Notes: generated from the letters alone by a model not told the origin. DNA of 43,042 nt from Octopus bimaculoides (GCF_001194135.2 NC_068994.1:27646032-27689073), one strand, 5' to 3'; shown: positions 23,383-35,089, counted from the first letter of the stretch. Translations and numbers: made by a program.

Positions 23383-23750
23383 TCTTTCACTTGTTTCAAT
23401 CATTGGACTGCAGCCATGCTGAGGTACTACCTTGAAGGTTTTAATCAAACAAATTGACACCAGTACTTATTTTTTAAGTCTGGTACTCATTCTGTCAGTC
23501 TCTTTTCATGTGTCTAGTGGTGGGGGAACAAAGACAAACACACCCACACACGTGTGTATGTGTGTTTCTATGCACACACACATATGATGGACTTCCATAC
23601 AGTTTTCATTTACCAAATTCACTCACGAGGCATTATTCAGCCTATGGGCTATGGCAGAAGACACTTACCCAAGGTGCCATACTATGGGACTGAACCCAAA
23701 ATCATGAGGTTGCAAAGCAAGCTTCTTAACTACTCAGCTATATCTGTACT
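23383..23750 (-). mobile_element. SINE family A with tail 1
   Basis: Colinear with 911-1273. Confidence 0.8.
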
Positions 23751-24339
23751 TATATAAATGTTGTTATCTTAATTCATAAATAAAAATTTTTAGTTCAAAC
23801 CGTCCTGTACTATATATTTCAAGCAGAAATATGGACATGATGGCAGTAAGAGATTAAGTTGTTTGAAATACAATGTAGGTGGAATTATTAAAGCATTCTC
23901 AGCTCTCTTTAGAGGCTAATTAGTTTCAAAATAATTAATATTTTATTTACAGTAACTTAACTCCAATATTTAGATATTCAATGAATTTATATTTTTGCGT
24001 TGAAGTTTCATGTATAAGTGTGTATGTGTGTCATGTGCAAACGTGTATGCATGCATGTGTGTGCATGTGATGGAACTATGCTAACAGTTTTTCATCATAG
24101 CCATTGGATTCAACCTTGAAGTCTACACTTAGCTAGTTTGTTTACTGTAGAAGAGAAACAGTAGTTCTGACAACGGCAGCATAGTGAGAGAAGGATGAGG
24201 GGTGGCCCACTCTAGGTGATACTTTTATGAGGGAAGCACTTTTGGATCTGCTGTATAAGCCTGCATAAGCTTGGCATTTAGGAGAGTAGCAAACTCAAGG
24301 ACTGCCCCAGACAACACTCACTAACTGCGTCACTGTCTG

Positions 24340-24520
24340 GTAATTTATATCTCATCTTCTTTGCCCACTTAATCCTAGGAGGGTTGTGGGAGCAAAGTCC
24401 TCAAACACACCTTCCATTGGATCCTGTTTGAAGCAACCATCTCCAACTGATCCAAGCTGGATGCTCAACTGAGCTCATAGATTTTATCCAACCATCTTGC
24501 TCATGGTCTACCCCTGAGTC
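24340..24520 (-). mobile_element. RTE-like LINE C-terminal relic
   Basis: RLRGRP*ARWLDKI...ASNRIQWKVCL, an RPRGRP..RW.D-type terminus. Confidence 0.5.
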
Positions 24521-25107
24521 TCCTATATTATAAATATACAAATTTGATAAAAACATGCTGTTTCAACATAGTGCCAATGGCTGCTTACATTGAGTTTTCT
24601 TTACAGATGTAGGGCTGAAAGGCTTCTATATGTCATTTGGCAATTTCCCATTTACTGTACAGCCAGTCAAGCCCTTTTAATACATTAAGCCCATAGAAAA
24701 ATGCAATTAAACCAGTAAGAAAGTGCTTTATTTACTGTGATAATACCTTAATGAAAGAGATGAACATCACATTTACTTTTCTAGAAATAAATATACTCTT
24801 GCTATCATGCAGGATGAAGCAGTTATGTATCATGAGCTGTGAATGTGTTTTAAAAATGTTTAATGAGAAAAAAAATATATAACTATTTTGAATGGTTAAG
24901 AGAGGTTAGCAAGGGATATTCTCTCCTATATAAATATCTGTTATTACACTCTCTTTCGTCTACATCTAATTTAGCCATATCCAATAATTAATTGCAGTAT
25001 ATGTATCTACATTCAGGGGATACTTACACTATTTATCCATATTTAGTGGCTGATTTCCACTAATAACTTCAGCTGTTCTGATGTTGTTTTTTTATGTGTG
25101 TCTGTAG

Positions 25108-25268
25108 GAAATTTCACCGAGTGCAACGCTACTCATTCCTGCAAGCGAGAGATGCAGCAGACAGCTTGCTTGAAGATGATGAAGATGATCCACCCCTTGA
25201 TCCTAATCCTAACTTCAGTCATATTGAAATGACTGAAGACCAAACCGACTCAGTTGAAGGAGGGGGAG
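25108..25268 (+). CDS. Internal coding exon of an unidentified host gene (161 bp, phase 2 in, phase 1 out)
   Basis: Acceptor TTTTTTATGTGTGTCTGTAG|G, donor GAG|GTAGAG. Complex open frame KFHRVQRYSFLQARDAADSLLEDDEDDPPLDPNPNFSHIEMTEDQTDSVEGGG with retained CpGs and no TE motif recognised. Product not recognised. Confidence 0.7.
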
Positions 25269-25441
25269 GTAGAGTAAATTACTTTTTCCATCATTCTAAG
25301 CTTCTGTCAACCAATTTCATTTCGGTACCAAACACCAGGCTTATTTGTCCAGTTATTTGTCTGCTTTCTTCTTTTATCTTTTGGCAAATTACCTTTTATT
25401 TGGTTGCTATCATCACTGTCATTGGTATGATTATTACTATT

Positions 25442-25677
25442 AAAGTGGCAAGCTGGTAGAATCGTTAGCACGCTGGGAAAAAATGCTTAGCAGTATTTCG
25501 TCCGTCCTTACATTCTGAGTTCAAATTTCACCGAGGTCAACTTTGCTTTCATCCGTTTGGGGTCAGTAAAATAAGTACCAATTGAGCACTGGGTTTGATG
25601 TAATCAACTAGTCCCCGCCCCAAAATTTTTCAGGCCTTGTGCCTATAACAGAAAAGATTCTTATTATTAATTTTTAA

Positions 25678-25716
<39 letters not shown>

Positions 25717-25800
25717 GTACCAGTCAAGCACTGGAGTCAATACAGATGACTATCTCCCTCTCCCAAAATTTCAGGCCTTATGCCTATAGTCGAAAGGATT
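25442..25800 (+). mobile_element. SINE family B (25442-25658), (ATT)n, and an isolated SINE tail (25717-25800)
   Basis: AGCTGGTAGAATCGTTAGCACG head, GAGTTCAAATTTC B box, core and tail. Confidence 0.85.
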
Positions 25801-25820
25801 AATAATAATAATAATAATAA

Positions 25821-26376
25821 TGCCCAGATGCAATACCAGGCAGTGGCTCTCATGGCTTCTGATCTTAATTGATTGGGAGTGTTATCATGTACATTGTTTT
25901 GTCTTGGTATAAAAAGATGGGCTACAGCAAATATTCTGCTCAATACCACAGATTTGTTTGTCAGTTGTTTGACCTTAACCAGTTGAGCATGTCCCTTGGT
26001 GGCTGACGATATGTGCATCTCTGATCATGAGCAGAAGTAGTGGAGGAGCATCATAGCCATGTGTTGAGAGGACTTCTTTGGGGTTTGAATAATTCACCTT
26101 TAGAAACATGGGTGTTTTGCTCAACATCCTTAAACAAACCTTATTCAGAGACCTTTTGAGCGGGATGGACTACTCGACCTGAAGAAAATTCTAACTGGGC
26201 CCTACCTGCAAAGTCATGCGCTGTTTATCTTTATATGAGATCACCATGTTGCGCATATATGGCTGTGATGCATGTGCCTGATGTACCCTTATCAGACGGG
26301 TAGTCATGGTGGGTATATTGGGCTTCGTATATTTTACCCCAGTGTCATTTTGATGGCATGCACTGCTCTCTCACTT
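25821..26376 (+). mobile_element. ~555-bp non-coding element, copy 2
   Basis: (AAT)n-TGCCCAGATGC...CTCTCTCACTT-(AAT)n; homologous to copies 1 and 3. Confidence 0.92.
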
Positions 26377-26390
26377 AATAATAATAATAA

Positions 26391-27003
26391 AAGGTGGCAA
26401 ACTAGCAGAATTATTTTTTGTGTTTGACAAAATGCTTAATAGCATTTCATTCATCTTTACATTTTGAGTTCAAATTCCATTCTTCCAGGGTCAATAAAAT
26501 AAGTACCACTTGAATATTGGGATCAATATAATTATCTAGCCACCTCTTGCCAAAATTCAGGCTTTGTGTATGTAGTAGAAAAGATTATTATTATTACCAC
26601 AAAGCAAAGGATTGGCAGAATCATTAGAGCATTGAAAAAAATGCCCTGTGTATCTCTTTATTCAATCCCTCTGAGATTAACTTTATTCCATTCTTTCAGT
26701 GTTGATAAATTAAAGTACCAGTCAAGTACTGAGCTAAATGTAATCTCTTCCCTTCAAAATTAGAAATCATTATTATTATTAAATGAAGGTGGTGAGCTGG
26801 CAGACACATCAGCATGCTGGGCGAAATGCTTAGTGGTATTTCGTCTGTCTTTATGTTCTGAGTTCAAATTCTGCCGAGGTCGACTTTGCCTTTCATCCTT
26901 TTGAGGTCGATAAATTAAGTACCAGTTGCATACTGGGGTCGATCTAATCAACTGGCCCCCTTCCCCAAAAAATTTGGGTTCTTGTGCCTAGAGTAGAAAA
27001 GAT
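26391..27003 (+). mobile_element. Three head-to-tail SINE family B copies (26391-26584, ~26605-26760, 26786-27003)
   Basis: Each begins after an (ATT)n stretch. The third is near-consensus: GGTGAGCTGGCAG, GTTCTGAGTTCAAATTC, GTCGACTTTGCCTTTCATCCTTT. Confidence 0.88.
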
Positions 27004-27099
27004 TATTATTATTAAATGCTTTCTACTGGCAAATTTGTCAAAAGGTATATAGCAAAAATGGTTAGAGTGAATGAAACTAATCTAAGTACATACTTGTTG

Positions 27100-27230
27100 A
27101 TTGTGGAACAACATTTGGGAGCAGACTTGTGCCTTTCGTAGTCAGAATGGTCCTAGATCTATGGAATTCCTTCACTGGTCCTAGTTGGCAATGTTCCTGG
27201 ACCAGTATTGCTTACATCATCCAGCTATTT
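27100..27230 (+). mobile_element. Possible L2/CR1 LINE C-terminal relic
   Basis: AF...GPR(fs)LWNS resembles the GPRLWNSLP terminus; short and frameshifted. Confidence 0.3.
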
Positions 27231-27480
27231 GTATATATTGTATGCTTTTCATCTCATTTTGATTCGTTGTAATTTTTTTCTCTCCTCTCCTGGTTTCTTT
27301 ATATAAACCTCAACACAAATTGTAACAAGTCTCTCTTTACATTCTCAGCGAAGACCAAACTGGTATTTTATCTCTTCAGTTACAAAAATAAAGTACCAGT
27401 CAAACGCTGGTGTTGATATAAATGACTATATCATTCTCCATTCTCTGGCAAATGTTAAAATCCTCATCATTATTATTATT

Positions 27481-27926
27481 AAGGTGGTGAGCAGGCAAAA
27501 TCGTTAGCACACTGGGCAAAATGTTTAGCAGCATTTCATCTGTCTTCGTGTTCTGAATTCAAATTCTGCCATGGTTGACTTTGCCTTTCATCCTTTCTGG
27601 GTTGATAAAATAAGTACCAGTTGTACACTGGGTCGTTGTAATCAACTTCTCTCTCTCTTAAAATTACTGGTCTTGTGCCAAAATCTGAAACCATTATTAT
27701 TATTATTAAGGCAGCAAGCTGGCAGAATCATTAGCACAAGAAACAAAATGCCTAGCAGCATTTCTTCCAGTTCTTTACATTTGGAGCTCAAATCCTGTCA
27801 AAGCTGACTTTGCCTTTCATCCTTTAGGGGGTCAATAAGTACTCGTTGAATAGTAGGGTCATGGTAATCATCTTGCCTGTTCCACAAAATTTCAGGCCTC
27901 CCCTAAAATGTGCCAAAATTTGAGAC
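27481..27926 (+). mobile_element. Two tandem SINE family B copies (27481-27692, 27708-27926)
   Basis: Same head/B-box/core/tail pattern, joined by (ATT)n. Confidence 0.85.
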
Positions 27927-28466
27927 TATTATGATTGTCACTGTTACTGTTAAACCCCAGGTCATTATTGATCAATCAGACATAAAATTAATAATGTTTC
28001 AGCAATGACTACACTAGCCTTTTGTATAATCATGAATTGCATAGTTAAGTATGTCTCTTATTGTGGGCTTGAATGGAGATTTAGTTGCTATTTCGATCAG
28101 TCTGGTTACTAGTTGGCTTTAGTGGAATAAGGACTTTAAATCTGTTTATAAAATATTTGAAACAGCCAGCATTATACTGGGACACTAGACAGATAAATGC
28201 ATACATCATGGTTTGTAGCTGGGTGTATAAAACCTTTAAGTATTATTTTGTATCTTTCTTATAGTACAGACACACAGTACATATTCCTGTATCAATGTTT
28301 AGTAGAAAGTGGGTTATACATCTTTAGATTGTATACCTGACTTTCTACTATAAAATTGAAGAAATAGACGGAACGCTGAACTCCAGACTAAACAACTTAA
28401 ACAACATTTATTTACTTGGTAAAACATACATATCTTTTAGTTATACATCTTTAGAGGTGAGAATAA

Positions 28467-28617
28467 CGAGCTGTCGAGTATAAGACCGAAAGATGTAGAG
28501 ACAGCTTTAAACACACGTCCATGCTCAATCGCTGGCCAGCGAGAAAGAGAATGAATTGAGCGGGAAACGCTTGCTTGTTTAATTCTATGCATGCGTAAGA
28601 CTACGCATGCGCAGGCG
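28467..28617. promoter_or_regulatory. CpG-rich patch with an NRF1-like site; candidate promoter or enhancer
   Basis: 12 CpG in ~150 bp within a CpG-depleted window. TACGCATGCGCA (28602-28613) is an 11/12 match to TGCGCATGCGCA. Not recognised as a repeat. Confidence 0.55.
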
Positions 28618-29149
28618 TTACTACAAATGTATATCAAATGTTGTTATTCCTTTATATAAAACAGACAAATGAACACTGTTGCATGTGTGTGTGTGTTATA
28701 GCAGTAAAATAATGAAAATGGAGAACTTTTACAATGCAAAAAGTGGTAGTTTAGTAACCTTTACATTGCAGACACAAAGGCCCATAATCAGAAGTGAATG
28801 GAATAAAGAAATGCAAGTCTTTGAGTGTTGAGTATTGTACAAGCTGGTGCACAACACTTAACATGACTAGATTTATATGGACTCACATTTGTTATTTTAC
28901 TTCTGTATCACAACGCTTCAAGCAAACTACAATGCTCTTCATATATATTATCATATATTATATGTTGTTATATTATACTATACTATATTTATATATGTGA
29001 ATTTAGTGTACAGGTAAGTGTTTACAAGGAATTAGTTCTCATCCCTATTCATCATATCCCTTCAGGCAATAAGAGAAATGACTTTGAGAATTACTATATA
29101 CTGATGGTTTCATTCTTATAGTAGAATCTGTAGTAGAATTGTAAAAGAA

Positions 29150-29850
29150 ATTCCAAGAGTGAAAGCAAAACATGGAATGAAAGAGGCTCAAAGTTAACTT
29201 AGCAAAGACCACAGTTCTGGTAAGCAGGAAAACAGACAGGACTCTACTTAACTTCAGGAAAGTGGCATCACTCAGTATATAGTAATGGCGTAGGCAAAAA
29301 TCTCATACAATGTACTGAGTGCAATCTTTGGACACACAAGAGGTGCAGTGAAATCACAGGAAGCCTAATGAAGAAAGTAGACTTTGTTGCCACAATGCAG
29401 GAGCCATGAACACTAAGAGCATGCAAGAAATAGATTTTCTTGAATGCCCAGGAGGTTCTTAAAGGCAGTAGATAATTTCTGTTACCTAATTGACCTAATT
29501 TGCAATGGAGGAAGATGTTGTGAAAGCACAGTTACTAAAATAAGAACAGGATGGAGAAAGTTCAGATAGCTATTACCTTTTTTGGTACCAAAAGGTCTCT
29601 TTCTCAGAAGGGAAAGGCAGATTGTATGATGCTTGCATATGAACAGCCATCTGCATGGTAGTTGATGTGGGCCCTGAATGTAGAGGACATGCAAATACTA
29701 GAAAGAGAAAAAATAGTTATGCTCCATTGGATGTGAAGTATCAATATGCATGTATGATAAAAGTGCAAATGTGATGAGAGAAAATTGGACATAGGAATCA
29801 GATGTAGTGTGCAAGAGTGAAGACCTTGTTGGTATAGTCATGTGAATCAA
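29150..29850 (+). mobile_element. Older RTE-clade LINE fragment
   Basis: LKVNFSKDHSSGKQ-type and VDNFCYL...GWRKFR*LLP sequence colinear with the reverse complement of ~11850-12450. Confidence 0.75.
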
Positions 29851-30453
29851 AGGGATCCGTAGATAAAAAAAAATGGTCAGGAACCACTGGTCTAGACAGA
29901 AGTGAGGTCCTAAAAGCATTCTGTTTGTGTCTATACATTCACTTAATCCTGCTCCTGACAACGCCATTATGCCCATCTCTTAATCTCTCTCTTCCTTCTT
30001 CACTTCCAAAGGGTCACCCCTCCCCCAGTGTTAGATTCCTCATTCTTCATAACAATACAGCTTTATTTAAAAAATGTTCTGCAAACTGTCCTCTGGATTT
30101 TAAATGACAGCATTAAATGTTTGCTTTGCTTTACAATATTCATTTTCTTTTCCATTAGATTTCTTTATTATTAGTAAAATATTATCTAATTAACAAATCA
30201 ATTATTTAATAAAGCCTTCCAGTCACTCAATCAGTTGGTTTGCCTGTCCTTGTCATTGTGAAAAAAACCTGAGGCAAATGATGAGGTCACAAATGGTGAT
30301 AAAAGGATTGACTGATTAATTAATCAAATCGTTAGTTAAGCAATCAATTTGTTTACATATTTTTTGTTACTATGTTTTTCTTTACAGTTTATCATAAAAC
30401 TACTCTCTCTCTCTTTCAAGTAATATTTCCTCTCTGCTTCTTTCTATTTACAG

Positions 30454-30536
30454 GCTTAGTCAATCCAGTTCTAGTGATGATGCCAGGCAGGCGTTCACAG
30501 TCCAATTTAACTGATCCTCACGCTTTGCGCTGTTAA
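30454..30536 (+). CDS. Candidate terminal exon: (G)LVNPVLVMMPGRRSQSNLTDPHALRC*
   Basis: Strong acceptor TCCTCTCTGCTTCTTTCTATTTACAG; stays open to TAA (30534-36) in the phase left by exon 25108-25268. Confidence 0.45.
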
Positions 30537-30618
30537 ACCAGAAATTCAAATCTCACACCACTTATTTTTATTTTTCTATATATTTTTTTTTGTTTTTGGG
30601 GGGGTACCTAATTTTCAG

Positions 30619-30637
30619 GCCAGTCCACCAGATGGCA
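30619..30637 (+). CDS. Candidate 19-nt microexon, (G)QSTRW(H)
   Basis: TTTTCAG|GCCAGTCCACCAGATGGCA|GTATGT, with a T-rich tract upstream. Overlaps a CTCF-like motif. Confidence 0.35.
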
Positions 30638-31293
30638 GTATGTGTACAGTGTACATAACCTTTACTGTTTCTTTTTTTTTTGTTTCATTACTGTTATTGT
30701 TAACTAATTTGTTGTCATATATTTATTTTCTAAATGATGGATATAATTGTCTATGTAGTCACCTACTGATGGATATGTCTGAACACAAAATATCAGTCAA
30801 GCATGTAACCCTTTATCATACACAACTGAAATAAATTAAATTATTCATATTNNNNNNNNNNTATATATATATAAATGTATTTATAATGTATGCATATATG
30901 TGTATGTACATGTATGAGTGTATGAATATATATACATACATATGTATGTGTGCATATATATAGAAATATTAGAATGTATACATATACAAATGTATGAATG
31001 TGTATATGCACACGATTATTTATCTTCTTTGTCTTTCACTGTACCTATTTGTTTGGTTATTATTGATTTATCTATCTATGTATCTACATATCTATCTATA
31101 TAATTGGCCAACTAGGAATTTGTCTGGCTTGTAGTGTGTCAGTCTATCTGAGAGTCTAACTGTCTGTTAAAGATGTTATTTTAGAGGGATGTGGAAGAAG
31201 TATATTTACATTCTTGGTTATGTCAACTACATTCACCATAAAATACTCACTATATACCTGCAATGTACATGTGTATTACATATTACATTATAA

Positions 31294-31327
<34 letters not shown>

Positions 31328-33007
31328 GTTTATGTAAATACACACATCTATTTATACTATATATATATCATATTATATATATACATTATATATATATATA
31401 TATATTAAATATATATATATACACATATATACATATATATACACACATACACACACATATATAATATATATATGTATACACACACACACACACACACACA
31501 ATCCCTTCTTATATAAGAGTGACACGGTGAACTATCAGCTTGAAACAAATGCAGGAATCCAACTCCATCTAGTGAGTATTTCAACACCTAAAGAAACACA
31601 TTTGGGATTTAGAGAACATATTTCTCTTTAAATTATTTTAGTGAAGGCAGTCATGTTTTACTCCATTTTAAATTAAAACACAAAATTTATAATAATAACA
31701 ACAATAATGGTGAGTTTTCCAGTTAATCGTAGCACATTACCCATGTTTGTGGCTTTACAACATGATGTGTAACTGTATTCGTTGATTTATTTTATTTCAT
31801 GGCTGCAAGTATGGCTCTGTGGTTTTGATCTCTGCTTTGTAACTACATAGAGATAGGTTCAATTTCTCTGCACAACATTTTAGGCAAGTGTCTTCTGTCA
31901 TAGCTTTGGATCATCTGAAACAGTGCAAGTGAAATCTGCAGAGGAGCCATTTTTGTCCTTGCGTGCCATTGAGTCTATTATTACAATGATTTGAGCTAAA
32001 TCACTGGCCTGCAGATAACTTCCTTCCTTCCTCCTCTGATTAATTCATTAAAATTTAGTCTCTTTTTCCCGTTTTTTTTTTCTTTCTAATCTTAGGAAAG
32101 AAACATAGGAATGTTGTTTCTGTTTAGTTAATACAATAATTACTTCCCATACAATTAACAACATTGTTAGTTTTGGAATGCATTTTAATATCATTTTAGG
32201 TTTTGACCAGTTTGATCTTTGATACTCATTAAGTGTCTCATGCCAAGATGTACACAATATCATACCAAACTGGATTTGAGCACAGAATCTGTAGTAGGTC
32301 ACTGACACATATAGATAATGTTACAAGTTTAAGTTATTCAATATTAGTAGATATATAGTTTAGATATATAGTTTCCATATTTAACTCTAATCCATATTTA
32401 ACTCTAATCCTGACAATGAAACTAACTAAGACATATGTAAATGCTACAAAAATCTGTTTTATCAATAATGATGGTTGTTAATTAGTCTGAAAAAATTATT
32501 ACATTAACAATCAGATCTTTTAGATCATCAATTCTTAGTGTTTGTTTCCAGAATTTTCTGACTAACGGTGTTTTTTTTTAGTTATATTTAGTTATATTTT
32601 TGTTATTAAGTATTAAGATGGATACTAAGTATTAAGATGGATTCTGTAATTAGTTTCTTTGTTACACACAAAATAAGGATGTTTACCTTCTGTCTATATT
32701 TCTCTTGCATGTTGTGGGAGTATTGTATGTTACAATGGCAGCTTGTTATAGATGGTAAGCCACTGAGAAAATATTTAATGTAAAAGTTGATAACTTCATG
32801 AAGATTGTAATGATCATGTTCATTATTGAATTTGTATCAGTCAGGAGTTTAGTGAGAGGCTTCAAGGTTTGTAGTTTGTCGGTGAGAGAGTGAATTCTTA
32901 ACTTTTATGCTATATATTATATATACACACATATATATTTTATAAACACATATACACATACATACAAATATATATGCATACATATAACTATAAATGTATG
33001 TTAATAA

Positions 33008-33041
<34 letters not shown>

Positions 33042-33461
33042 TGGAAGACAGAAATTTGGTAGAACAAACAGGAGAAATAAAACTCAGTGTATGAATACGT
33101 AGAATTTTTTTACTTTTAATCAGCAAAAAGTTACAAAATTAACTCGGAGGCCAAGAAGGCATTTATCAAAAGTTTGTGTCTATGTGTGCATGTGTATAGA
33201 TATATACGCATGCGTGTATAATATACACATGTTAGTGAAGTGCATGTATATTAATGTATATATAATGTATGTTCTGAAACCTATTAAATTGTTGGGGCAC
33301 AACTGTAAACTTCCATCCTTATATAGTTTTACAAAAAGAAGTCAAGTGGTTTGAAATGTCTCTCGCAACAAGCTGTCATCTACAGCCAAGTTTGTAAGTA
33401 TGAAATAGAAAACTAAATTGATAAAAGTGATGTTTATACCTTTTTTCATGTTCTATGATAG

Positions 33462-33504
33462 TCTCCAGGAAGCAGAAGACTTAAGTAGTGCTCCAATGAT
33501 GTAA
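33462..33504 (+). CDS. Candidate alternative terminal exon: LQEAEDLSSAPMM*
   Basis: Pyrimidine tract plus TAG acceptor at 33461; in frame after the microexon; AATAAA at ~33571. Confidence 0.25.
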
Positions 33505-33521
33505 TGGGTTGCAAAACATCC

Positions 33522-33568
<47 letters not shown>

Positions 33569-34249
33569 GAAATAAATAAATCACATTTTCTTTTCTTTGT
33601 AACCAAACAATTGTAAAAAAAAAATTAAATTAAAAAAATATTATTATTGCTGCTGCTGTTGTTATTATGATTAACTGCTTCATATGTCTCTACTGCACTA
33701 CCCAATACACATTTGTGTCACTGAAATGCATGCAGTATTGTCTATGGAGGGTATTGAAATGTATTTGTATACTTTATTAGTTTTGCTTTGTGTTTGTTGT
33801 TCCTGGTGTTATTTTAGAGTTTCACCTGTTGTATAGAGTATATGTAATGAGTGATTTGTTACTTCGTTGTGTGGTGTTTCATGTTTTGTATTACTGAGAT
33901 AAATAGTGAGAATCATATGAGTTGTGTTTTAGTGTCCAGATGGTGATTATATAGAATGTTTTATGTAAGGCATGTTATGTTATTGGGTGATGTTTGGTTG
34001 TGGTGTGGAAAATAGCCTGAACAAGGAAGATGATAACAACTAGGACAACAACAACAACAACACAGATCACAACAGATTTACCACTGCCATTGACAACACC
34101 ACCAACAAGTAATAGTAATAGTAATTGTGCTAGCAGAATTACTAATGAAAATAATAGGTAAAAGTGGTGTGATAGTAGTAATATAATGATAACTTAGCCA
34201 ATTTTTTTTTAAATGGCAATAATTAACATGTGACATGTTTGGGCCATTA

Positions 34250-34640
34250 GCAACTAATCCCACTAAGTATGCTTCATGAAGAGAGTGAAAATTGGTTTTT
34301 GGAAACCCTGTGGGTGGAAAAACAAGAATCTGCAAAGGTAAGAGGAACTCAGAAGAGTCAATGGCCATCCAAAAATGGGTGGACAGAACTCATTAGCCTT
34401 AGTCAGCAGTCTGTGAAGGAGAAGGAACACTCTGATTAAAAAACTGGGGTCGATATGGTTCCTTAGTTACCTGGGGTACAATCTGGTGACACTCTGTCAG
34501 TGGCCAACAGTTTCTTCCCTTGGATGAAAGCAGAAGAGCTACAAGTCAAGAGCTAGCTCTCGAGTAATGGTCAGATGAGGACAAAGACCATCCAACATCA
34601 CCTGTTTCCCAGTGGAAATCATGGACATCATACAAACAGC
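34250..34640 (+). mobile_element. Possible RTE 5'-UTR relic
   Basis: GAACTCAGAAGAGTCAATGGCCATCC and GGAGAAGGAACACTCTGATT resemble RTE 5' regions as I remember them; unverified. Confidence 0.3.
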
Positions 34641-34766
34641 AATGACAATATTTATATACTTATTTATTTGTTATTTGTTTATTTTATCATATTGTTTTGT
34701 TTTTTGTTAATGTAAAAAAAAATTTTTATTGTTGTTGCTGCTGTTATTATCATTATTATTGTCATC

Positions 34767-34829
<63 letters not shown>

Positions 34830-34831
<2 letters not shown>

Positions 34832-35080
34832 GGGAGCATTGGGCATGATAAAAAATCATATGAACAGAAATGTAAAAGCTATACGTGGATCCTCAACACT
34901 ACACACTGTCCAAAAAATAGCCCTGCTAGGAACAAGCCCACATCCTACACAAGAGACAATAATATAACCTAAATAAAACAACTCACAAATACAAGACACA
35001 CTCTATACAACATTTACCTAGTGAAATAAATTCCCACCAACAAGCCAAGAAACCAAAGCATTACACACTCAATACACAAT
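34830..35080 (+). mobile_element. Dong/R4-clade LINE 3' fragment after (AAT)n at 34768-34829
   Basis: GALGMIK...VQKIALLGT(fs)AHILHK matches the C-terminus of 39702-41761. Confidence 0.7.
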
Positions 35081-35089
35081 AATAATAAA

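Noticed and set aside
25998-26062. Hammerhead-like CUGACGA...GAAG...AUA-GCCAU in the 555-bp element
   Set aside because: It has GAAG instead of GAAA, stem II is weak, stem I is out of register by one base, and copy 1 has CUGACAA.
29860-29900. hAT/Charlie-like end (GGAACCACTG followed by GTCTAGAC), with a similar end at ~38195-38213
   Set aside because: No partner TIR or second TSD found; too short to call an element.
34250-34640. HDV-like ribozyme in the putative RTE 5' UTR
   Set aside because: No P3/L3 (YCCUCG-type) core or P1 pairing could be identified, and the sequence is too decayed.
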